From: an uncultured virus (IMG/VR IMGVR_UViG_3300034418_003291) | Lineage: Duplodnaviria > Heunggongvirae > Uroviricota > Caudoviricetes | Length of the DNA: 64,000 nucleotides | IMG/VR virus record: IMGVR_UViG_3300034418_003291 | Strand: one strand, 5' to 3' | Shown here: positions 51,277 to 59,069 of the stretch, piece by piece | How the letters are laid out: every line of letters starts with the position of its first letter | Position numbering within the stretch: position 1 is the stretch's first letter | The notes under the pieces: generated by a model | What the model was told of the DNA's origin: nothing | The model's database searches: none | Seen by the model: the letters and a program-made list of their open reading frames with translations, nothing else | Position numbers and translations under genes: made by a program

Positions 51277-52214
51277 AAAAAGATTCTAGAATATTCATAG
51301 CAGGACACAGAGGTTTAGTAGGATCTGCTATAAAAAGAAAGCTAGAGAGTCTAGGGTACACAAACATCATAACTAGATCTAAATCAGAATTAGATCTTAG
51401 AGATCAGGTTGAAACAAAAAAGTTCTTCCTCATAGAACGACCTGAGTATGTGTTCCTAGCAGCAGCTAAAGTAGGTGGTATAGGTTGGAATGCTGTATGT
51501 CCAGCAGACTTTATCTACGACAACCTACAGATACAAAACAATGTTATTGATTCTTCCTACAGATCAGGAGTTAAGAAACTTCTGTTCTTAGGATCGGCTT
51601 GCATTTATCCAAAGATAACCGACCAGCCAATCAAAGAGGAATACTTAATGTCTTCTTACTTAGAGCCTACTAACGAAGGCTATGCTTTGGCAAAAATATC
51701 AGGATTGAAGATGTGTCAGTTCTATAACAAACAGTACGGATTCAACGCTATATCACTTATGCCAGCAAATCTCTACGGCCTGAACGATAACTTCAATGTA
51801 GATCACTGCCATGTTATACCTGCTTTGATTCGTAAGTTCAATGACGCAAAAAACAACGGTGACTCAGCAGTAACTTGCTTTGGGGATGGAACGCCTAGGA
51901 GAGAATTCCTTCATGTGGATGATCTAGCTGATGCTTGCGTATTTTTGATGAACACTTATAACTCCCCAGAGCACATCAACATTGGTTCTGACAGCGATAT
52001 TTCAATCAAAGATCTTGCATATATGATTAAAGATGTTGTAGGTTTCGATGGGGATATTACTTGGGATACAGACAAACCCAACGGAACACCTGTTAGAAAA
52101 TTAGATATTACAAAACTAGAAAGCTTGGGGTGGAAGTCCACCATGGACCTTAAACAAGGAATAGAAGAAACCTACAAATGGTTCACAGACAGCACAAACA
52201 ACATAAGACTATGA
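51273..52214 (+). CDS. fcl: GDP-L-fucose synthase-type epimerase/reductase (Fcl/WcaG; could act as ColC)
   Basis: AGHRGLVGSA, AAKVGGI, GSACIYP, YALAK, HVIPAL, REFLHVDD. Confidence 0.92.
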   Translation: MKKDSRIFIAGHRGLVGSAIKRKLESLGYTNIITRSKSELDLRDQVETKKFFLIERPEYVFLAAAKVGGIGWNAVCPADFIYDNLQIQNNVIDSSYRSGVKKLLFLGSACIYPKITDQPIKEEYLMSSYLEPTNEGYALAKISGLKMCQFYNKQYGFNAISLMPANLYGLNDNFNVDHCHVIPALIRKFNDAKNNGDSAVTCFGDGTPRREFLHVDDLADACVFLMNTYNSPEHINIGSDSDISIKDLAYMIKDVVGFDGDITWDTDKPNGTPVRKLDITKLESLGWKSTMDLKQGIEETYKWFTDSTNNIRL

Positions 52215-53188
52215 AAACAGCAATAATTACAGGTATCAGCGGTCAAGACGGTTCGTACTTGGCAGAACTCCTACTAGAGAAAGGCTACGAAGTACACGGT
52301 ATACTTCGACGCCACTCTATGCCAGAGAATCAAACTAGAAGACTGGAGGAGGGAGGAGTTCTCAATCATCCAAGACTTCATCTACATTACGGTGATGTAT
52401 GTGACATGGGTTCTGTGTGTAGAATCCTTCTCACACACAAGCCTGATGAGATTTACAATCTGGCTGCACAATCTCATGTACGAATCAGTTTTGATCAGCC
52501 TCAATATACCACACTTACAGATGCTAATGGTGTCTTGAATATTTTAGAAGCAGCTAGATTATACTGCCCTGACGCCAGAATCTATCAAGCATGTTCTTCC
52601 GAGATGTACGGTAACGAATGCGATACTGATGGATTCAGAAGAGAGAGCACTCTCATGCGACCAGTGAGCCCATACGGTTGTGCAAAGCTTTACGGATACA
52701 ACCTAGCCAGAGTATACAGAAGCTCCTATGGCATGTTTGTGTCAAACGGTATCCTCTTCAATCATGAGTCCCCCCGGAGAGGTTTGAACTTCGTTACTAA
52801 CAAGGTCGTAGACGGGGCTGTGAAGATTTCACTAGGGCTACAAGATAAGCTGGCACTTGGCAACCTGAACGCTACGCGGGATTGGGGTCACGCCAAGGAT
52901 TATGTACGAGCAATGTGGATGATGCTTCAGCACGATACTCCCGATGATTTTGTTTGTGCTACTGGAGAGTCTCACTCTATTAGAGAGCTTTGTGAAAAAG
53001 TCTTCTCTAAGCTAAACTTGAACTACGAAGACTTTGTAGTAGTAGACCCGGAATATTTTAGGCCCACCGAACTGGACGATCTGAAGGGCGATTGCTCTAA
53101 ACTAAAGGAGACTCTAGGCTGGGAGCCAGAGTATACTTTTGATCAGATGCTAGAAGAAATGATCGAACACAGACTAAATAAGGTATGA
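52211..53188 (+). CDS. gmd: GDP-mannose 4,6-dehydratase
   Basis: ITGISGQDGSYL, NLAAQSHV, SPYGCAK, FNHESPRRG, RDWGHAKDY. Confidence 0.96.
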   Translation: MKTAIITGISGQDGSYLAELLLEKGYEVHGILRRHSMPENQTRRLEEGGVLNHPRLHLHYGDVCDMGSVCRILLTHKPDEIYNLAAQSHVRISFDQPQYTTLTDANGVLNILEAARLYCPDARIYQACSSEMYGNECDTDGFRRESTLMRPVSPYGCAKLYGYNLARVYRSSYGMFVSNGILFNHESPRRGLNFVTNKVVDGAVKISLGLQDKLALGNLNATRDWGHAKDYVRAMWMMLQHDTPDDFVCATGESHSIRELCEKVFSKLNLNYEDFVVVDPEYFRPTELDDLKGDCSKLKETLGWEPEYTFDQMLEEMIEHRLNKV

Positions 53189-53223
53189 AAAAAACCTTAA
53201 CTTGGATTGCAACTCAACTTTAA
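53174..53223 (+). other. Late-promoter motif CTAAATAA plus 12-aa mini-ORF (53185-53223, MKKTLTWIATQL) ahead of recA
   Basis: Read directly; its ATG overlaps the gmd stop (ATGA). Confidence 0.3.
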
Positions 53224-53229
53224 TCTTAC

Positions 53230-54207
53230 ATGAGTCTGTTTGACGATATCGTTAAGAAGCTAGAGGGCGCAACAGTCCTATCAGATGAGCCAGAGGCACT
53301 TGGATTTGTGGACTCTGGCTCTTACGCATTGAATAAGGTTATTTCTGGAGACTTCAAGAAAGGTTACCCCATCGGATCTATTACTGAGATCTATGGCGAG
53401 TCTTCAACAGCGAAGACTGTGTTCCTAACACACGCATTCAAAGGAGCGCAAAGCAAAGGTTACATCCCTGTCCTAATCGATTCTGAGAAGGCGTATAGTA
53501 AAACATTTGCGAAGCAGCTTGGTCTGAACCCCGAAGAGTTGATCTATCTCGATCCTGCTACTCTGGAGGACTGCTTCCAAGCGATGGAGAACACCATCCT
53601 AAAGATCCGAGAGGTTGATCCAGACACTCCCATCATCATCGGCTACGATTCTATCGGCGTATCACCTTCAAAGAAAGAAACGCAGTCAGCAGAGGTTGCA
53701 GATGATCCCAACATGGGCGGTGCTTTGAGAGCCAAGATCGCTGGTATCTGCCTGAGAAGAATCAACCCGTTCCTAAGAAAGTACAAGGCTGGTCTGATTA
53801 TCATCAACCAAATCAGAAGTAAAGTCGGCGTTATGTATGGAGACCCAAGAACAAAGGCTGGTGGAGGAAAGGCTCTTCAATATTATTGCGGAACCTGTAT
53901 CGAGACGGCTTCTGGCAAGAACGACAAGATCCTAGATGATCGTGGTAATGTCGCTGGCATCCGAGGCAAGATCAAAACCACGAAGAACAAGATCGCTTTG
54001 CCATTCCAAGAGTGTGAGTTTGAGCTTTTGTTTGATAAAGGTCTAAGCAGAGGTCACGGCATGACTGAGCTTGCTTACAAGAGCGGTCTCATCACGCAGC
54101 CGTCCAAAGGGTGGTTCAGCTTTGAAGGAGACGATAAGAAATACCGCAAGGCAGAGATGGATAAGACCCTCACAGATAAAATCGAGTCTGGGGACTTGGA
54201 TCTGTAA
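53230..54207 (+). CDS. recA: RecA/UvsX recombinase
   Basis: DSGSYALN, GESSTAKT, IDSE, YDS, INQIR, GGKAL, KNK. Confidence 0.93.
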   Translation: MSLFDDIVKKLEGATVLSDEPEALGFVDSGSYALNKVISGDFKKGYPIGSITEIYGESSTAKTVFLTHAFKGAQSKGYIPVLIDSEKAYSKTFAKQLGLNPEELIYLDPATLEDCFQAMENTILKIREVDPDTPIIIGYDSIGVSPSKKETQSAEVADDPNMGGALRAKIAGICLRRINPFLRKYKAGLIIINQIRSKVGVMYGDPRTKAGGGKALQYYCGTCIETASGKNDKILDDRGNVAGIRGKIKTTKNKIALPFQECEFELLFDKGLSRGHGMTELAYKSGLITQPSKGWFSFEGDDKKYRKAEMDKTLTDKIESGDLDL

Positions 54208-54220
54208 TATATAATGTAGA

Positions 54221-54625
54221 ATGGCAAAAAACGTCGGCTCCCCCACCAAGGAGAAAAAAGGCAAGGCGAAGACTGGAATCGAAAGAACTAAAGTCCCCCT
54301 CATGCCTGGAATCAAGAACGCTCTCGCAGAGAAGCCCTACGGTTTTATCTTCACTACCCCAGCCTCAGATAGAGTTTATGTTATCTCAAAAGGCACTTGG
54401 GGCAAGAAGTCCTCAGATAAGATCGTAAAGGGCTTTCCTTCTGGAACTCCTTATGACGAGATTAAAAGGTATTCAGAAAGAACTAAGGTCAAGCATGGGG
54501 GCGAAAAAATCAATCAAACCCAAGGCAAGAAAGAAAAGTCCAAAGCCGAACACGGTTACGCTACAAAGGCAAAGCCTGATAAAATAAAGTATGTAGAGCA
54601 GCGTTACGGCAAGAAAAAAGACTAG
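54221..54625 (+). CDS. Lys-rich basic hypothetical protein
   Basis: 134 aa; ATATATAA motif 6 nt upstream. Confidence 0.55.
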   Translation: MAKNVGSPTKEKKGKAKTGIERTKVPLMPGIKNALAEKPYGFIFTTPASDRVYVISKGTWGKKSSDKIVKGFPSGTPYDEIKRYSERTKVKHGGEKINQTQGKKEKSKAEHGYATKAKPDKIKYVEQRYGKKKD

Positions 54626-54663
54626 ATATAGCGGGGATCACCCTTTAATCTAAGGAGACAACC

Positions 54664-55008
54664 ATGTCCGAGTACCAACCAAAAACAGCCTATTACACTC
54701 CAAACAGAATCGACCGCGTATACAAATCCATTTTGGAGAAGCTATCAAAGGACAGAGAGAGTGCGGAGCGTGTAAAAGATTTGTTTGAGGACATGGTTTC
54801 TTCAAACCCTGCTGATGATGAAGCTAAGAGGTGTCTGGTAAAGGTTTTAAGCCTGATCCAAGAGACATCAGAAAGAGCTACAAAAGCACTTGACAGCCTA
54901 GCCAAGTACAAGGCTGCTCAACTAAAAGCCCAAAATCTTCCCAAGAGAGATGCAGAAGAAAAGTTCGCATCTTTCGATGACCTGCAAAACGAACTGACCA
55001 ATGACTGA
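54664..55008 (+). CDS. Hypothetical helical protein
   Basis: Strong RBS TAAGGAG; overlaps the Clp ATPase start. Confidence 0.6.
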   Translation: MSEYQPKTAYYTPNRIDRVYKSILEKLSKDRESAERVKDLFEDMVSSNPADDEAKRCLVKVLSLIQETSERATKALDSLAKYKAAQLKAQNLPKRDAEEKFASFDDLQNELTND

Positions 55009-56290
55009 TAAGCAGAACCGAGCCAAGTATCACAAGATCTACTGCTCCGCATTTAACTGTTTATTTAACGCCAAACGACTTTCCGAAGAAGAGCTTCACG
55101 ATACTATTGGTGAAGTTTCCGACATGATTAATGAAGGAAAGTTCTCCGATATGGCTTTCCGCAAGTTCATTGTGGAAAATCTTGTCGTTGGGTGGGAAAA
55201 GATTAAAGACAAGCTGAGAAATAAGTACAAGGATATCACCCTGATGGAACTTTACTGTGAGTTCTATGAGTCTGTGATCACAGTATATCAAATCTTTGAA
55301 GTGGAGTCCGTGGTAAAGGCAGTCAATATGCATGACTTCCAACAAGCCTTTGATGAAGACTCCGTAGCATTCCTGAAAGAGGACAAGTCGGGATGCCATT
55401 CTTTGCGTGACTTTGAAAACGCAGAGAAAAAGATCAAGAAAGCGGTAATCGGTCAAGACGAGGCTGTCGAGACATCTTTACAAGCCCTCAAGCTCATTCG
55501 TGCGAATTTGGAAAAGACAGCCTCGTTGTTTTTCATCGGACCAACTGGTGTAGGAAAGACCGAACTTAGTAAGAAGATCGCAGAAGTTGCGTTTGGGTCA
55601 AAGAAAAAAATGCTCAAGATCAACTGCGGTGAGTATTCAGCACAGCACGAATACGCAAAGCTGCTGGGATCTCCTCCAGGATACATCGGTCACGAAACTG
55701 GATCTATCCTAGGTAACGCTGCTGAAAAGTCTTCGGAGTGGGTAATCGTCTTTGATGAGATTGAGAAAGCCCATGACAAGCTATATGATGTTATCCTCAA
55801 CCTTCTTGACGAGGGAGAAGTGACTGACTCAAAAGGTCATATTCTGGATTTCTCACGCTCTCTAGTTATTTTCACTTCTAACATTGGTCTTCGCGATCAT
55901 GTCGGAAAGAAGCAGGTAGGCTTCAACTCATCAGAGACCACCTACCAAGAAGTAGAAGAGCAGATTAACGATGCTTATCGAAACAAGTTCTCTCCTGAGT
56001 TCCGTAACCGTATCGACTATGTTGTAAGGTTCAAGCAGCTAGGAGAAAGAGAGGCTCGTAAGATCGCCCGTATCCACCTTGGGAAGTTGCCCGTAAAGGT
56101 AGACGCAAAGCTAGTAAACTATGTTGTCCGAGAGGGCTTTTCCGCTGAGTATGGAGCGAGAAACCTGAAGCGTACTATCAAGAGTGAGATTGCTCCTAAA
56201 ATCGCTGACAGCATCCTTTCTGGGGACTCTGACAAGAGTTTCCAAGCTGTGTTCAAGGATAAGAATCTTGTAGGTCTGTCAGCCATATAA
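55001..56290 (+). CDS. Single-module Clp/Hsp100 AAA+ ATPase (D2-type) with unique N-terminal domain
   Basis: GQDEAV, GPTGVGKTE, GSPPGYIG pore loop, FDEIEKAH, FTSN, VGF, PEFRNRID, YGARNLKR. Confidence 0.9.
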   Translation: MTDKQNRAKYHKIYCSAFNCLFNAKRLSEEELHDTIGEVSDMINEGKFSDMAFRKFIVENLVVGWEKIKDKLRNKYKDITLMELYCEFYESVITVYQIFEVESVVKAVNMHDFQQAFDEDSVAFLKEDKSGCHSLRDFENAEKKIKKAVIGQDEAVETSLQALKLIRANLEKTASLFFIGPTGVGKTELSKKIAEVAFGSKKKMLKINCGEYSAQHEYAKLLGSPPGYIGHETGSILGNAAEKSSEWVIVFDEIEKAHDKLYDVILNLLDEGEVTDSKGHILDFSRSLVIFTSNIGLRDHVGKKQVGFNSSETTYQEVEEQINDAYRNKFSPEFRNRIDYVVRFKQLGEREARKIARIHLGKLPVKVDAKLVNYVVREGFSAEYGARNLKRTIKSEIAPKIADSILSGDSDKSFQAVFKDKNLVGLSAI

Positions 56291-56327
56291 CGCCTATATA
56301 AGGCGTATGGCATTAGGCGGACCATGA
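56282..56327 (+). promoter_or_regulatory. Hairpin enclosing late-promoter motif CTATATAA, with 6-aa uORF (56307-56327, MALGGP) coupled to the next gene
   Basis: GCCAT..ACGCCT-ATATA-AGGCGT-ATGGC; uORF stop overlaps ATG 56324 (ATGA). Confidence 0.5.
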
Positions 56328-59065
56328 CTATTAGGCACGATAATTATACCCCAAAAGATCCTAGCTCAACGGGAAGAATATTCTTTAGAGACTATGAGGA
56401 CGAAAGAACAGACGCAAGTGCTGGAATAGGAGTTTCATATCCTTCTGGTATTGTTTCTGTAGGATTATCTGGAAATGAGCAAAAGGTAGTAGACAGTGTT
56501 TCCTCAATTATCCCTCCCGTTGTAGGGACGGCTAGTAATCCATCATTAAAGCTATTCACTCCCGATGATATTATAGCCTTTGTTGCAGCGCATGAAACTG
56601 GAGGAGGCGGAGGCGGAGGTGGAAATACTTGGTCAGACCCTGTAAGCTCTAACATACTGCCCTCGCTTGCTAACGATGTTGCCTTTACACTTGGTGATTC
56701 AGATCAACGCTTCAAAGAGATTTGGGTTTCTGGCATTCACACATTCAGTAGCATAGACCTAAGAGGTCAGGTCTTTGAAAATGTTGGTCCCACTAGCTCC
56801 ACTTTGAGTGGAGTGTCTACTGCTGAGAGAAACGCTGGCGAAGAAACAGATTTCCGTTTGTTTAGTCCCGCTGATATTTCTAGCATGGCTCTGCAACATG
56901 GTCCCGCTGCTGGGAGTATAACAGAAGGTGCTTTGGAAGACCTAATCGCTGGTCTAGACGCAAGTTCAATTCAAAGTAACGACGAGTTCCTATTCAGAGT
57001 AGCTTCTGGTACTGATGAACTAGCAGTAACTACGGCATCAGGTATTGTAGATAAAGGTCTAACTGATCTAGGTATTGATCCTCAGAATCGCATTACAAAT
57101 ACAAGAGATCCTAATGCCAATGACGATGGTGTTGGTACGAACGGCGTTACCCATATCATTAATGACCTGTGGACTAACACTAGTTCTGATGAAGCCTTTA
57201 TCTGTCTTGATATCACCACTAGTGCTGCTGTTTGGAGTTCTATTACTGCTGCTGCTGCTGGTGGAGGTGTAACAGATCACGGTGCTTTGACTGGTCTGTC
57301 AGATGATGACCACACTCAGTACCTACTCACTGACGGTACGAGAACGCTAACTGGCAACCAGGACTTCGGCGGAAATGTCGTTGATAACTACGGAGCAGCC
57401 TCCTCTACACTCTCCGCTGTTAGCACAGCAGAGATCACAGCAGGAACTTCAACTGAATATCGTGTTTGGAGTCCTGCCGATGTTAGCGCAGCCGTTATTG
57501 CTCACGAAACTGGTGGTGGGGGCGGTAGCCTTACAGAATCTGAACTGCATGATCTTATTTCAGGTCTTGACGCTAGCTCAATTCAAAGTAACGACGAGTT
57601 TCTGTTTAGAGTATCTTCTGGTACTGATGAACTGGCTGTCACTACTGCCTCTGGTATCGTAGATAGGGGTATGACCGATCTAGGTATCGATCCTCAGAAC
57701 CGTATTTCGGTTACTAGAGATCCTAACGCTAACGACGATGGTGCTGGAACCAACGGTGTCATTCATATCATCAACGACCTATGGACGAACACCAGTACCG
57801 ACGAAGCGTTTATCTGTCTAGACATTACTACTAGTGCTGCTGTTTGGAGTTCTATTACTGCTGCTGGTGGTGGAGGCGGTAGCCTTACAGAATCTGAACT
57901 GCATGATGTTATTTCAGCCCTTGACGCTAGCTCAATTCAAAGCAACGATGAGTTTCTGTTTAGAGTTGCATCTGGCACTGACGAGCTTGCTGTCACTACT
58001 GCCTCTGGTATCGTAGATAAGGGTCTAACCGATCTCGGCATCGACCCTCAGTCAAGAGAAGTTACAACCTCAGACCCAACCGTTGATGACGATATTGATT
58101 TGGGCTACTCTAGTTTGGACTTGTGGCTAAACGAAAACAATGGTAAGTTCTACATCAACGAAGTTGCTACTGACGGCTCTGCAATTTGGAGGGAGTTTGC
58201 TCCTTCTGGTGTAACAGCAGCAGAGATTACTGCGGGTACAGGAACGGACTATCGACTATGGACCCCCGCTGATGTTAGCGCAGCCGTTATTGCTCACGAA
58301 ACTGGTGGTGGTGGAGGCGTAACAGATCACGGCGCATTGACTGGTCTTGGAGACGATGACCACTCTCAGTACCTACTCACTGACGGTACGAGAACGCTAA
58401 CTGGCAACCAGGACTTCGGCGGAAATGTCGCTGATAACTATGGTCCTCTAAGCTCTACACTCTCCGCTGTTAGCACAGACGAGATTTCTGCTGGCACTTC
58501 GACTGAATATCGTGTTTACAGTCCTGCTGATGTGTCTGCAATGATAGCTCAACACGCAGTAGTTCCTGAGTTGTATATTGAGGCTTTGAATAACAGAGAG
58601 GTTGCATATACGAACCCGAACCAATCCTACCCTCAGAGATTCGGAACGAACTCAGAATGGCAGGGTTGGAAAGTCAACCTAACCGAATATGATGAGTTTC
58701 AAGTGAGAGGTACTTATGAGTCTGGGGACAATAGTGGAATTGTTATAGGTGTAGGCGTTACTTCTGGAAATACTCCCTTCAACAGAGTCAGTACCCCTTT
58801 TGCTATCGGTGACGGACAGGGAGCAGCTTATGAATATATCCATAGCGGACAACTAGGGTCTGATGCGATAGTGTCAGGTGGTGTAAGTTTTGATGGAGTC
58901 TCAACTAATGACTACGCCGAAGGTTCTTGGACTCCCCTAGATCCCTCTGTGAAACGAGAGTGTGGTTTAGCATTTATGTATCTTGATGGTTCAGGTACTA
59001 CGGCTGCAAACAGAACATGGTCAAGAGTCCATGTAGCTTTCAGAAGGAATCCGAATTATAGATAA
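56324..59065 (+). CDS. Repeat-built fibre-like virion protein
   Basis: DHGALTGL.DDDH.QYL and DP...DD.....DLW.N repeats separated by poly-Gly linkers; unique C-terminal domain. Confidence 0.7.
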   Translation: MTIRHDNYTPKDPSSTGRIFFRDYEDERTDASAGIGVSYPSGIVSVGLSGNEQKVVDSVSSIIPPVVGTASNPSLKLFTPDDIIAFVAAHETGGGGGGGGNTWSDPVSSNILPSLANDVAFTLGDSDQRFKEIWVSGIHTFSSIDLRGQVFENVGPTSSTLSGVSTAERNAGEETDFRLFSPADISSMALQHGPAAGSITEGALEDLIAGLDASSIQSNDEFLFRVASGTDELAVTTASGIVDKGLTDLGIDPQNRITNTRDPNANDDGVGTNGVTHIINDLWTNTSSDEAFICLDITTSAAVWSSITAAAAGGGVTDHGALTGLSDDDHTQYLLTDGTRTLTGNQDFGGNVVDNYGAASSTLSAVSTAEITAGTSTEYRVWSPADVSAAVIAHETGGGGGSLTESELHDLISGLDASSIQSNDEFLFRVSSGTDELAVTTASGIVDRGMTDLGIDPQNRISVTRDPNANDDGAGTNGVIHIINDLWTNTSTDEAFICLDITTSAAVWSSITAAGGGGGSLTESELHDVISALDASSIQSNDEFLFRVASGTDELAVTTASGIVDKGLTDLGIDPQSREVTTSDPTVDDDIDLGYSSLDLWLNENNGKFYINEVATDGSAIWREFAPSGVTAAEITAGTGTDYRLWTPADVSAAVIAHETGGGGGVTDHGALTGLGDDDHSQYLLTDGTRTLTGNQDFGGNVADNYGPLSSTLSAVSTDEISAGTSTEYRVYSPADVSAMIAQHAVVPELYIEALNNREVAYTNPNQSYPQRFGTNSEWQGWKVNLTEYDEFQVRGTYESGDNSGIVIGVGVTSGNTPFNRVSTPFAIGDGQGAAYEYIHSGQLGSDAIVSGGVSFDGVSTNDYAEGSWTPLDPSVKRECGLAFMYLDGSGTTAANRTWSRVHVAFRRNPNYR
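56790..58555 (+). repeat. Interleaved intragenic direct repeats (several module types, 2-5 copies each)
   Basis: e.g. 66-bp identity 57315-57380 = 58365-58430; three copies of DASSIQSNDEFLFRV.SGTDELAVTTASGIVD.G.TDLGIDPQ. Confidence 0.9.
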
Positions 59066-59069
59066 AGAT

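Noticed and set aside
45102..53188. T4-style DNA glucosylation as the purpose of the GT cluster
   Set aside because: No dNMP hydroxymethylase or base-modification gene is visible in the window, and the GT mix resembles oligosaccharide assembly; disfavoured but not excluded without the full genome
54664..55008. Small terminase subunit
   Set aside because: Helical and of suitable size, but no large terminase is adjacent and no diagnostic motif is present
56790..58555. CRISPR-like array
   Set aside because: Repeats are long, in-frame, protein-coding and lack unique equal-length spacers
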